Shown here one piece after another: positions 12,890-23,213 of a DNA stretch of 64,000 nucleotides. The notes beneath the pieces are model-generated. The model was given only the letters and a program-made list of their open reading frames with translations, was not told the origin of the DNA and made no database searches. The stretch lies in assembly GCA_030704615.1 (NCBI GenBank), contig CM060731.1:30876001-30940000 (forward strand). The letters are read 5' to 3'. Numbering within the stretch: the first letter of the stretch is position 1; every line of letters starts with the position of its first letter. Origin of the DNA: Takakia lepidozioides. Its lineage: Eukaryota; Plantae; Bryophyta. A program made the translations under genes and the position numbers.

Positions 12890-13990
12890 GCCTCGGACGG
12901 AAATTCGGCGCCGTTTTTCCATTGTGGGAGGTTTTTACGACTTCCTTTGAGGGGGCCCCGATGGAAATTCGGCGCCGAATTTCCATCCGGGGGATGGTCT
13001 CTGTCGGAGAGGTGCCGGCCTCTCCACCACTCTGTTGGATATTCGGTGCCGAATTTCCGTCCGGGGGTTGAAATATGACGGCCATGTGCCGGCCTCTCCC
13101 CCCTCCCCGACCGCATTGGAACGGCCCCGGATGGAAATTCGGCGCCGTTTTTCCATCTGGGGAGGTTTTTATGTCGGCCAGTTTTCGACCTGACCCCCCG
13201 ACACGACTTCCTTTGGGGGGGGCCCGGATGGAAATTCGGCGCCGAATCTCCATCCAAGGGATGCTCTTTGTCGAACACGTGCTGGCCTCTACGCCCAAGG
13301 CGACTTCATCCGGGCGTCCCCCGTTGGATATTCGGTGCCGAATTTCCGTCCGGGGGTTGAAATGTGACGGCCAGGTGCCGGCCTCTCCCCCCTCCCGACT
13401 GCATCCGAACCGCCCCGGATGGAAATTCGGCGCCGTTTTTCCATCTGGGGATGTTTTTATGCCGGCCAGTTTTCGGCCTGACCCCCCATCACGACTTCCT
13501 TTGGGGGGGGCCCGGATGGAAATTCGGCGCCGAATGTCCATCCAGGGGATGTTCTCTGTCGCACACGCGCCGGCCTTTGCGCCTGAGGCGACTTCATCCG
13601 GGCTTCCCCTGTTGTATATTCGGTGCCGAATTTCCGTCCGGGGGTTGTAATGTGAGGGCCAGATGGCGGCCTTTCCCCCGAGCCGACTGCATCTGAAAGG
13701 CCTCGGATGGAAATTCGGCGCCGTTTTTCCATCCGCGGAGGTTTTTATGTCGGCCAGTTTTCGGCCTGACCCCCCGACAGGACTTCCTTTGGGGGGATCC
13801 GAATGGAAATTCGGCGCTGAATTTCCATCCGGGGGATTTTCTCTGTCGGATAGGTGCCGGCATCTCTGCCCCAGACGACTCCATCCGTGCGGCCCCTGTT
13901 GGATATTGGGTGCCGAATTTCCATTCGGGGGTAGTAATGTGACGGCACGGTGCCGGCTTCTCCCCTTCAGCCGACATCATCCGGACGGCC
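12890..13990. repeat. Tandem array of ~289-bp units (~4), each with three variants of the GAAATTCGGCGCCGAATTTC palindrome
   Basis: GGA(T/C)GGAAATTCGGCGCCGTTTTTCCAT recurs at ~12896, 13129, 13417 and 13706. Confidence 0.93.
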
Positions 13991-14689
13991 CCCCACTTTC
14001 TGACTGCATACCGTTGGCAGTTATTGCGCAAAGACCAGGGGCCGCATTCCGGAGACAAGGTTCATTAACACTCTGACTGTGGATTTTTGAGATAGTTGGC
14101 TCCCTGGATTTGGATCAGGCTTCGTCGCTTGGACAAATCGGCACCGCATTCCTTCCCATCGTTGCATCCCCCTTCTACCAGGGAGCTTCCCCGCACGCCA
14201 TCCTGGCAGTCTTGTGTGCACATCTCCCATGGCGGAAAACCCGAGCGCTACAGTGTACTGCCCTCCTCACGAGCATAGAACTTCATTTCCGTGCAGAGGG
14301 GACATCTGCCGGGTGATGGAGAAATATCTGTGCATTCGATACCACCTGAAACCGGGGTCGGTTTTTTTGGAGGAGGAAAGGAAGGACTCAAACGGCCTTG
14401 TTGTCGAGAGTATTGTTGTGCTCCACGATGATTTCGGCGATGGCAGGGAATGGCGAGTTCCACCATTGGACAGCGTCATATACAGGGCTGTTGGGGACTT
14501 CATTTGCCCGCCAAATGCACCTTATATCCTGGCGCCTTCCACGAAACAATCCGCGGTCCTACTTACTGTAGGGAATCAGGCCAGAGTACGTTCGTCGTTC
14601 GTTTCTGCTGAATTGGTCAGAAGACAATTCCAAGCCCGGATCCTAGGGCGCATACACTGCAGCAACCCCAAGAACGGAAAGCGCAAAGT

Positions 14690-15576
14690 TCTGCTGTTGG
14701 CGAGGCTCCATAGCAACCATAGACACGGAACTCCGTCCTCTGCGCATTGCGAAGAGGATGCCGCTTTTCTGCTCCATAGCCCTGCCCCTTAACCCGCTGC
14801 ATGGCGCTCTCGCATGATCAAAGCAAATGATTGACAAAGAAGCTGAAGCTAAATTTTGGTCCAAGACCGACCCCGATACAAGAAACAATTGCAACAGCAG
14901 GCTCCTCTATAAGCTTACTGGTGAAACGATCATCCAGCTTCAAGGATCACGCATAGGTGCCAACTAGCATTTGCTGCTGCATTTTTAAGTATCTCCTTGT
15001 GTACTCCAAAGCCTCTAGTGACTTGGTAGCTTCAGCGACTGCAATAACAGTGGCGGCTCCGGCATCGTCATCCTCCAGGCGTTTCAGGGCACGCTGAATC
15101 TTGTGGTCACATTCAATGATATGCTTCTCAAACTAAGCACTACTTATACACAGGTAATCTTGCAAGTGCTAACCCTCAACTCCTACCTTGCACTCACAGG
15201 TAAGAGAGCATCTCTCTCGAGTGATAAGAAAACTAGAAAACACACTGCTCACACCAGAAACAACATGAATCCATCGCTATCACTCTTTAAAACAGAAGTC
15301 GAGCCAGGGGCACCCCAAGCTATGGGGACTCCACCCCACAACAACCTACACTCCCATCATAAGCACACTCAAATCTAAACGCATGAAGGAGCTCGGTCGC
15401 GCAGACTCAACTCGAGAGAGATGAGCTGCGCGACTGCCGCTCTCGTGAAGATAAGACGGACCAGGTGTCAAACTAAACTTGACACCTGATTTAACACTTG
15501 ACCTAAATCCAAGTGTTAAATACAAATAACTAGTTTTATTCTAACTGTTTTCACACTGTGCTTATTTAACTTGACA
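14690..15576 (-). mobile_element. Probable truncated insertion (LTR-like end) replacing part of the MULE gene
   Basis: MULE coding sequence resumes abruptly right after ...TTGACA (15576), and the preceding sequence is unrelated to the transposase. No target-site duplication (TSD) was found and the left boundary is approximate. Confidence 0.35.
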
Positions 15577-16217
15577 CGGGCTTCATGGCTGATAGTGCAT
15601 AGGTAAATTTCAATGCAGTGCGGCGCGTGTTTGGTTCGGGGGATCCTAAGGTCCCAATGGAAAATAGGGAGCGCACATGCCTCTTCCATTGGAGTCAATC
15701 TCTGGCACGTCATACAAAGCGCTGCATTCGCCTTGACCTTCAGTTGGAGCATAGAAGGCTCTGTCTCAAGTACAAAAATGCCAACTCAATGGGAGAAGCT
15801 GAGAGCACTTACCAAGCAATCCGGGCTTGGTGGTTCTCCTCTGGTGCTGCTACTGGTATCCACCTGAAGGAGTTGGAGGACTGGTTGGTTTTCTGGCACT
15901 TCAGATACAGACAGTGGAGAGCTTTCATGACGACGGTAAGCCTCTTGAATCCCAAAATCATAAATTTTGCATCGTGCCTCTTCATTTGGGGTTCTTGGAT
16001 TGTCGCTTGCAGAACCTCTTCCATTTCATTTCCTTCCTCACATTTCCATGCAATGCCTTCTGCAGGACATGTCCTTGGAGGACTTGGCCGACATGCCATC
16101 CTGTAATTTGGCGGAGATTGTTCATAACGCCTGGATGCAGCAATCTACCAAAGCAGGTCGTGACTTGTATGTGGCCACTGTTGATGACATGGTGCGGGCA
16201 CTTACACAACAAACCAG

Positions 16218-17195
16218 TGTTAGAGGACTGTCTGGGACTTAGACACTTATACGAGATCTATAGGGTACCCTTAATTTTTGCACAGACTGAGACCAAGAAG
16301 AGCCTTAGGGGTGACAGCAGCGCACTGTAGAGGGGGGTTACACAGCCCGTCACAGCCGACACAGCCAACACAGCCCGTCGCAATCGTCACAGCAGACACA
16401 GCCACACAGCCAGTCACAGCCCGACACAGCCAAACACAGTCGCACAGCCAGCCACAGCCCGACACAGCCAAACACAGTCGCACAGCCAGTCACAGCCCGT
16501 CACAGTTTCACACAGCCAGTCACAGCTTGACACAGCTGTCACGACCATAGGGAACGGAGAGCAGGACAGGGAACGACTGTGGAGAACAACACCTGCAAAT
16601 GGAACATGTTAGTTCACGGACGACGGTTAGTGAGGAAAACGGTTAGAGCCACGGGGAGGAAGATAAAGCTAGAAGCAAGGACTGAGAGGGGGCTTTTTGG
16701 GGGGGAGGATTTTTGGAAGCACTTCACGGGAGAGGACTTCTTGGTGATGCAGGAGAGGGGATCAGGCAGAGATGAAGAACGGAAGCGAAGATGGAGAGAT
16801 GAGGAGTAGATACTTGTTATATGCAAAGCTGTAGTAATATTGTAGAGCAGATTAGAGACACAATGGCTTTGGCCTGATACCTGATAAATCATAATCGGAT
16901 ACTTATACGATACAATCATACTGTGTAGAGAGATCTGAGTGAAGCTGTGGAATGAATGGATGAGTTGATGGAATCCAATAGATTGATAAAGCAAACTGAT
17001 ACTTAATTATCAAAGGTAAGGTAGCTAACATGAATGCCAAAAGGGAAACAAATAGGAAACACCCCCATGATACACTAGCTGTAGGTCATGACTGATTGTT
17101 CTGCGCGGGCTGAGTACTTAGAGATTTCCAACTCTTCTATCTTGGAGTTTCCACCTCGGATAGCGAAGGGATGGGTGAGTAAAAGCCGAGCGACA
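16218..17195. mobile_element. Solo LTR (978 bp) inserted in the MULE transposase
   Basis: Termini are TGT...ACA, with a 5-bp TSD ACCAG at 16213-16217 and 17196-17200. Removing it restores the frame (ALTQQT-R-YRHFMMG). It contains a CACAGCC-rich simple repeat at 16340-16545. Confidence 0.92.
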
Positions 17196-18775
17196 ACCAG
17201 GTACCGCCATTTTATGATGGGACGGGGTGGAGGCAAGGGCCCCGGTACGACTTTGTTGATGCTAAGGGCCGCGAGTAGATCCGGAGACCCATCCAAGATG
17301 GCCAGAGCTCTGAACAGGTGCACTGAAGGCTCCCCTTTGCAATCCAGGCTCCCTCATTTGGAAGGCGAGGAAAGATTTGGATCATGCAAAAGGAAATTGA
17401 ACACTCTTCCAGGGTCAGATGGAGATTCCCATCGCCTAGACAAGGTCAATTTCCAGTGCAGACTAAGTCGTGTGCCGGCCCCTTCCCAGGTGGGTCCTCC
17501 TCCTGTGGAGCAGGTGCAGAACATGCAAGCACAACAGCACGAATCCCATTGGAGGAGGTGGTGGCCATGGTGCAGGAATCTGATTGCATTGATAGTGAGG
17601 ACCCCCTCTTTCAAGAAATGCAAATCAAAAATATGCAAAGGCTCCAGGGGGACTCCAGCTCCAACATTCACAGGGTTGTTCCGACCTTATCATAGTGGGG
17701 AGTCAAAGGACCACAAGTTCTGGTTCTGCCCAGACGATATGGCACGATGCATCAAGGGAACAGTTCGTCCTTCGGTGATAATCAAACCCCCTCCCCCCGC
17801 AATTTGGCCTGTGAAACTTGGGACGTCGCTGTCAACAACCGAGATAAGCATGCTGGAGGAGGGAGGGTTTTGTCTTGCACGATCCCGAGTGGTGCCCTTG
17901 TGCACTGTCGGCACAGATGTGCCACAAGCTCCGGCAATGCCTCCACCCGGTGCCGACTCCCACCCAACAAAAAAAGATGGAAAAACAATGCGCCGTGTCA
18001 CTTCGGGTGCAGATCACAAATGCAAGATGGAATCGGCTAGAATTTTGCAGGCTCGGGTGGCTCGTATCACCGAAGTCCCTGCCCCGGGGTATGGACGGAT
18101 TTACACAGTGCTGTCTATTGGCTCAGTTCTTCATGGCAAAGAATATCAGGTTACCGTGGGGAATTTCCCTACTTGCACTTGTCCGGATTTTGTAACGATG
18201 CGTGAGGGCGCTCTCGGCATGAGAGGGAAGTGGGTCCCCTGCAAGCATCAATATTACATATACCTTGTAATTATGTGTTGCGATGGTAAGAGAGACCAAT
18301 TCATTCACCAAGCCACACTAGGCTACGGAGAAGTCATCACCCTTTTGCAGCGGGACACCTCACGTAGGGCTCCGCCAAATTCTCTTTGAACACATACGAG
18401 CCATGCCCGCTTCCCATGCTGGTTTCCAGGTTACCATGTGAAGACTTTGCATTTAGGACAAACACATACATTTCGTTCACGGAACCAGGGCAAATGCACA
18501 TGCCATTCATTGTAAGCGTCTATCTGTGAATTGAAATAAAGTGTGTCAATCATTCTGAGCTCAATTCTGCCATATTTTCATATTCCTCTTTTTGTGCAGG
18601 CATTGCAGACATGGTGCATGGTGGCCCCCTTTGTTTTGTCCATGCTAATAGGCCCTCTTCTTGCAATCCTCGCCTATAGGACCTGCTTCTCCAGCAGATT
18701 TGTGCCGCTCACGCTTCCTTGAAGCGTGAGCTCAGCTCACGCTTTGCAGCTACAACGTGAGCTCAGCTCCCAGGC

Positions 18776-21700
18776 TCACGGGGCTGGGCTCACGCCGTAG
18801 CTACGCTGCTCGGAATGCACCAAGTCCGTCAAGGAAACAGGTTCATCCCGCACTTCAGTGTTGGAGCCTTGGGGAAGAAGAAGAGCATGTCGCCCACGTA
18901 AAATCTGATAGATCAAATATGGACCGTCGATCTTGAGCTTAGATTTGCATGTATGCTTGCCATGCTGCAATCGAACGCACACGATCTGTCCCACCTGAAA
19001 CATGTTAGAATACTTGACACGCTTGTTAAAATTATGGGCCTGGGCTAGTTGAGCCTTACCTTAATTCGTCTTGGCATCATGAATAGATACCGCATGTCAA
19101 GCATGAAGATCCTCAACAAAAGTCTCAAGATCAACTGGATCAGCAACATTAGAAATAAGAGGGGTAGAATGCAAAGGAAAAACACATTTGCGACCATACA
19201 ACAACTCAAAAGAAGTCTTCTTGGTGCTAGCATGCACGACAGTGCGATAAACAAAAAGAATAGGGGGAAGAAAGGTATCCCACTCCCTGGTAAGTGCGCC
19301 ATTCTCCTCCAACATTCGGCAAAGAGTTTGGTTGAAGCGTTCCGTAAGGCCATTGGTCTGGGGATGGTATGGGGCAGTGGTGGAATGCTTGACACCAAAG
19401 TTGAAGCAAACCACCGTGAGGAGCTGGTTATAGAACTCCTTGCCCTGATCCGTTGGTATCTCCCGAGGACACCCATGCCGCATAAGGATCTCATTGAAGA
19501 AGAACTGAGCTACAACATCACTAGCCTTGGAACGCAAAGGCCGGACTTCTACCCACTTGGTCAAGTAGTCGGTAGCAACACAAACGTAGCTTCAACCCTT
19601 TGATGTGAGTGCGAGGGGTCCTACTAAGTCAATGCCAACACGAGCAAAAGCATGGGTGATAGGCAAAGGCTGCAGCTCATACAAGATCCGGGCCCTAGGG
19701 AGAGCAACATTAACACAACAACCTTCACATTTAGAGATGAACTCGGTGACGTCTCAATGAATTCCCAGCCAATAGTATACCTCTTGGATGCGGGCCACAG
19801 TTTTGTTGATACCAAGGTGACTTGCATACAAGGAACAATGGAAATGCTCCAATAAAGCATTCAGCTGGCTCCGTGGTGGCACCTCTAAGTAGCATGGCAC
19901 TCCCCTCGAGTGAGCTCCTTGAAAAACTTATCACCCATAAAACGGTGAGTAGACACATGATAGAGAATTTGTTTACGCAAGGACTCGGAAAGGCCAGCTG
20001 GCGAACGCCCTGATTGGCATCGCGGGAGTAGCGCATCATGTAGCTGATTATCCATGACTGCATTGCACATAAGAGGAGACAATGGGTTTTAGAGAAGGTG
20101 GTCTGGAGTGCCTGCACCTATGATCTCTAGCCAGGGATACCTTCACCTCATTTGTTATTACTCATGGACAGCCAAATCAGGCCTTGAGGCTCAAGCCAAT
20201 AGTCACACCGGAGTGCAGCAGCTGAATCACAACAAACGCGGGGCCTAAGAGAGAGAAGGACGAAAACACAACAAGAAACTTCCACCAAACTTATTCGAAT
20301 CCTCACTAAGCGATAGATCCACCACACATGCTAAACACACGAATAAATCAACCAGGATCATCCAATAGGCTGGACCAGCCCCAAGCAGACAACATGCCAT
20401 GTGAATCCAGGGCCAAGGGCTGCTGATCTGCTCAAAGAAGGTTGAGAAGAGGGGCAGGAGCAGGAGGAGGGGTTGCATCAGCAGCAACCAGGTCATCCAA
20501 GGTGAGTATAGGCCTGCTGACAGGAGGATCAACCCATGTGAGTGCATTAACATTCATGTTTTCCTTGCCCTTTTTATAGACTATATCCATGTCAAATTCC
20601 TGCAGGTACATAGTCCATCTAGCAAATCTGCCATAAAGTTCCCTAGGCTTAACAAGAGCCTTTAGTGGAAGATGATCAGTCTCTACCACAAACCGGCTGC
20701 CATGTAGATACTGCCGAAAATGCTTCACACCAAAGATCAAGGCTAGACCCTCCTTATCAGATATGGAATAATTCTTTTCATGACGATCAAGACGACGAGA
20801 AAGCTATGACATGCTCCTTGCCTTCTACTACTTGACATAAGATAGCAGAGATGGCAATATCAGAGGCATCAGTCTGGAGTAAGAAAGGTAACTCGAAGTT
20901 GGGAAACATCAGGATGGGAGCTAAACATAAAGCCTTGCGAAGGGTGTCAAAGGCAGCCTGCTGGGAGAAGGTCCATTCAAACCTGGCATCTTTTCATAAC
21001 ACCTTGGTCAGAAGATGAGCAAGCTTGGCAAAGTTCTTTATGAAGCGCCTATAATAAGAAGCCAGACCAATGAATGATTTGATACAATGTTTATCCCTGG
21101 GGATAAGAAAGCCCCAAACAGACTCAAGTTTGGCAGGATCAGGAAGCAGACCATCTTTGGACAAAACATGACCAAGGAAGTGTAGCTCAGGCATGAACAA
21201 CTCACATTTCTTGGGCTTCACTTTGAGACCTGCAGTGCGCAACTTGCTGAAAACACGCTGCAGATCAACCAAGTGAGCATCAAAGCTGGCTGAGTAAACA
21301 TTGTTATCATCGACATAAATTAAAGCACACTCCCAGCAAAGATTGCCCAAGACAATGTCCATGAGGCGTTGGAAGGTAGAGGTGGCATTGCACAAACCAA
21401 AAGACATGGTCTCATACTGGTATTTACCCATGCGATAGACAAATGAGGTCTGCTTCAGTAAGAGGAACTTGCCAAAAGCCAGATGCAAGATCAAGAGAGG
21501 AGAAAATTGTAGCACCATGCAATTGATCCAAGGTTTCATGGATCTTGGGTAGAGGGTAGGCATCTTTTTTTTGTGATGTCATTCAGCTTCCTGAAGTCAA
21601 CACAGAAGCGGGTGGTGCCATCTTTCTTACCAACCGGGAGGATTGGACTAGCCCAAGGAGAGACTGAAGGTTTGATCACACCAGCATCAAGCATTTTCAG

Positions 21701-21920
21701 GACTTCTTCTTGGATTATGGCACGTTCCTTGACACTCTCCCGGTAGGCAAATTGTTTGATAGGAGCTCCTTCAGTGACAATATCATGTTGAAGAATAGGA
21801 GTGCGCCCTAGATCAGTGGATCCCAAACTGAAAACATCTAGATTCTTTGCAATAAGCATTACTACTTTCTTTCTTTGTCCTGAGGAGAAGTTGTGCCCAA
21901 CTTGATTTCAGATAAGACTT
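18776..21920 (-). mobile_element. Decayed Ty3/Gypsy pol (RT - RNase H - integrase)
   Basis: RT motifs SPWASP, RFCVDFRKLN, FGLCNA and YVDD (20994-21859). RNase H motifs ETDHLPL and ARW (20432-20900). Integrase motifs TDQGKEF, YHPQTNGLTERFN and GPY (18776-19860). The domain order is Gypsy-type, with multiple frameshifts and stops. Confidence 0.95.
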
Positions 21921-21923
21921 TGG

Positions 21924-23213
21924 TCATTGCTCAGCCATAACCAAGCTGATAATCCAGGTCAAGCAATTGAGATCCATTGCTTGCCCCAACACCTGACGCC
22001 GTGATGCCTCAGAAAGAGAAGGCATTGCCGTGGTCCCAGTGGAAAACCCCATAGCCCGCTCTCGCTCGTCGGCATTAGGCTCCACTAACTGCTGCAACTG
22101 AGCATCCCAAAGGAGGCCAGGTCCACCATCCCGAAAAGCATGGGATCCTGGGAAGCAGAGCAGTGTAGGTAATGCTGCTCGTGGTTGACCTACCCTATTG
22201 ACCACTGCCAAAGGCGAACGGTCATCGTGTTTCACACGTTGAGACTGCCTCCCTCTGTCCAAAATGCCATCCATGGTGAGGTGTGCTGGCCGCTGCACCC
22301 CATCAAATGCACGCTTGAGTAGTGCGGGTGGCATCAAGTTAGTCCTCCAAAGCCGTGGACGATGAGCCCGTGACCCCACTGCAGCTGCATCCAGCAACAC
22401 TGCTGACCCAAGCCACGACCGGACTTGATGCACACTGGCCATCACCCTGGCCCGAGAATCACCCATCAGTGGTACATTCTCCAAGATGTATGCTGGAGAT
22501 ACAGCTTGATGAAGCTGCAAGTAGCGCAAAATCCGCACCATCTCCCAAAACAGACCCGTCCTCGAGTCTCGCAATCCATTGCCATGCCCGGCTGATGAAT
22601 GCCCTTGGCAGGGCCAACCTGCCACTACCAGATCAATGGAGCCAACCTGCTCCAAATCCTGCGCCCCCAGCAAAGAAATGTCTGCTGGCAAGGCTTGTTG
22701 GTATCCACGAACTGCAGACACTTGCAACAAGTCAGGGTATTGCTGTACCAACTGAGCAACATGGCGCAGTGAGACGCGTTGTGCAGTCTCATCCCTCTCC
22801 ACATACAGGTAACATCGAACTCGTACACCTGCCTGTAGCACAGCAGCCAATCCGGTGCTGATCCCGCCAAACAAGTCCAGAAGGCAAATGCCTTCATTCG
22901 GATACTGCCACACAATAGGTGTGGTATCCAATGGTGACAACTGAGGTGGTCCTGGTGCAATACCCGCACTCTCCTCCTCTCTTGACGGAACAAAAGCCTC
23001 TACCCAGGCTTGTTGCACCCGTCGATCAGCAACCTGCTGCAAATCCTTGCTCGTACCCCACAATGGAGTGTGAGCAACCATGGCAGGCAACTCCGCCATA
23101 CCATGCATGTCATCCTGCTCTGCTGGAGGTGGCACATCCTCTGCATGGGCATTGCCTTCCAACAACTCTCCAAGCCAACTAACTACAGCTGTAAAGGCGG
23201 CTAGTGTTGGCAT
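21924..23213 (-). CDS. DNA (cytosine-5)-methyltransferase, retrotransposon-associated
   Basis: Intronless 429-aa ORF with C5-MTase motifs in canonical order: I LDLFGGIS, II YVERD, IV GWPCQ, VI ILENV, VIII HRPR, IX ERERAMGF, X LGQAM. Confidence 0.93.
   Translation of the reverse strand: MPTLAAFTAVVSWLGELLEGNAHAEDVPPPAEQDDMHGMAELPAMVAHTPLWGTSKDLQQVADRRVQQAWVEAFVPSREEESAGIAPGPPQLSPLDTTPIVWQYPNEGICLLDLFGGISTGLAAVLQAGVRVRCYLYVERDETAQRVSLRHVAQLVQQYPDLLQVSAVRGYQQALPADISLLGAQDLEQVGSIDLVVAGWPCQGHSSAGHGNGLRDSRTGLFWEMVRILRYLQLHQAVSPAYILENVPLMGDSRARVMASVHQVRSWLGSAVLLDAAAVGSRAHRPRLWRTNLMPPALLKRAFDGVQRPAHLTMDGILDRGRQSQRVKHDDRSPLAVVNRVGQPRAALPTLLCFPGSHAFRDGGPGLLWDAQLQQLVEPNADERERAMGFSTGTTAMPSLSEASRRQVLGQAMDLNCLTWIISLVMAEQ

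Larger units (their letters stand above)
14214..18389 (+). mobile_element. Mutator-like (MULE) DDE transposase with C-terminal SWIM finger, disrupted
   Basis: From ~15579 it reads GFMADSA*VNFNAVRRVFG (second catalytic D region, with a premature TAG), then RTCLFHWSQ (MULE CxxH). After an intron (~15936-16065) comes PSCNLAEIVHNAW (catalytic E). The SWIM finger CTCPDF...PCKH lies in ORF 17088-18389. ORF 14214-~14690 is a tentative N-terminus. Confidence 0.8.

Noticed and set aside
7641-13990. CRISPR array interpretation of the palindromic repeats
   Set aside because: Spacers are near-identical tandem units rather than unique, there are no cas genes, and the context is eukaryotic.
11846-14076. 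Many ORFs of the MEIRRRISI / WKFGAEFP type
   Set aside because: These are translations of the palindromic repeat on both strands, with no evidence of coding.
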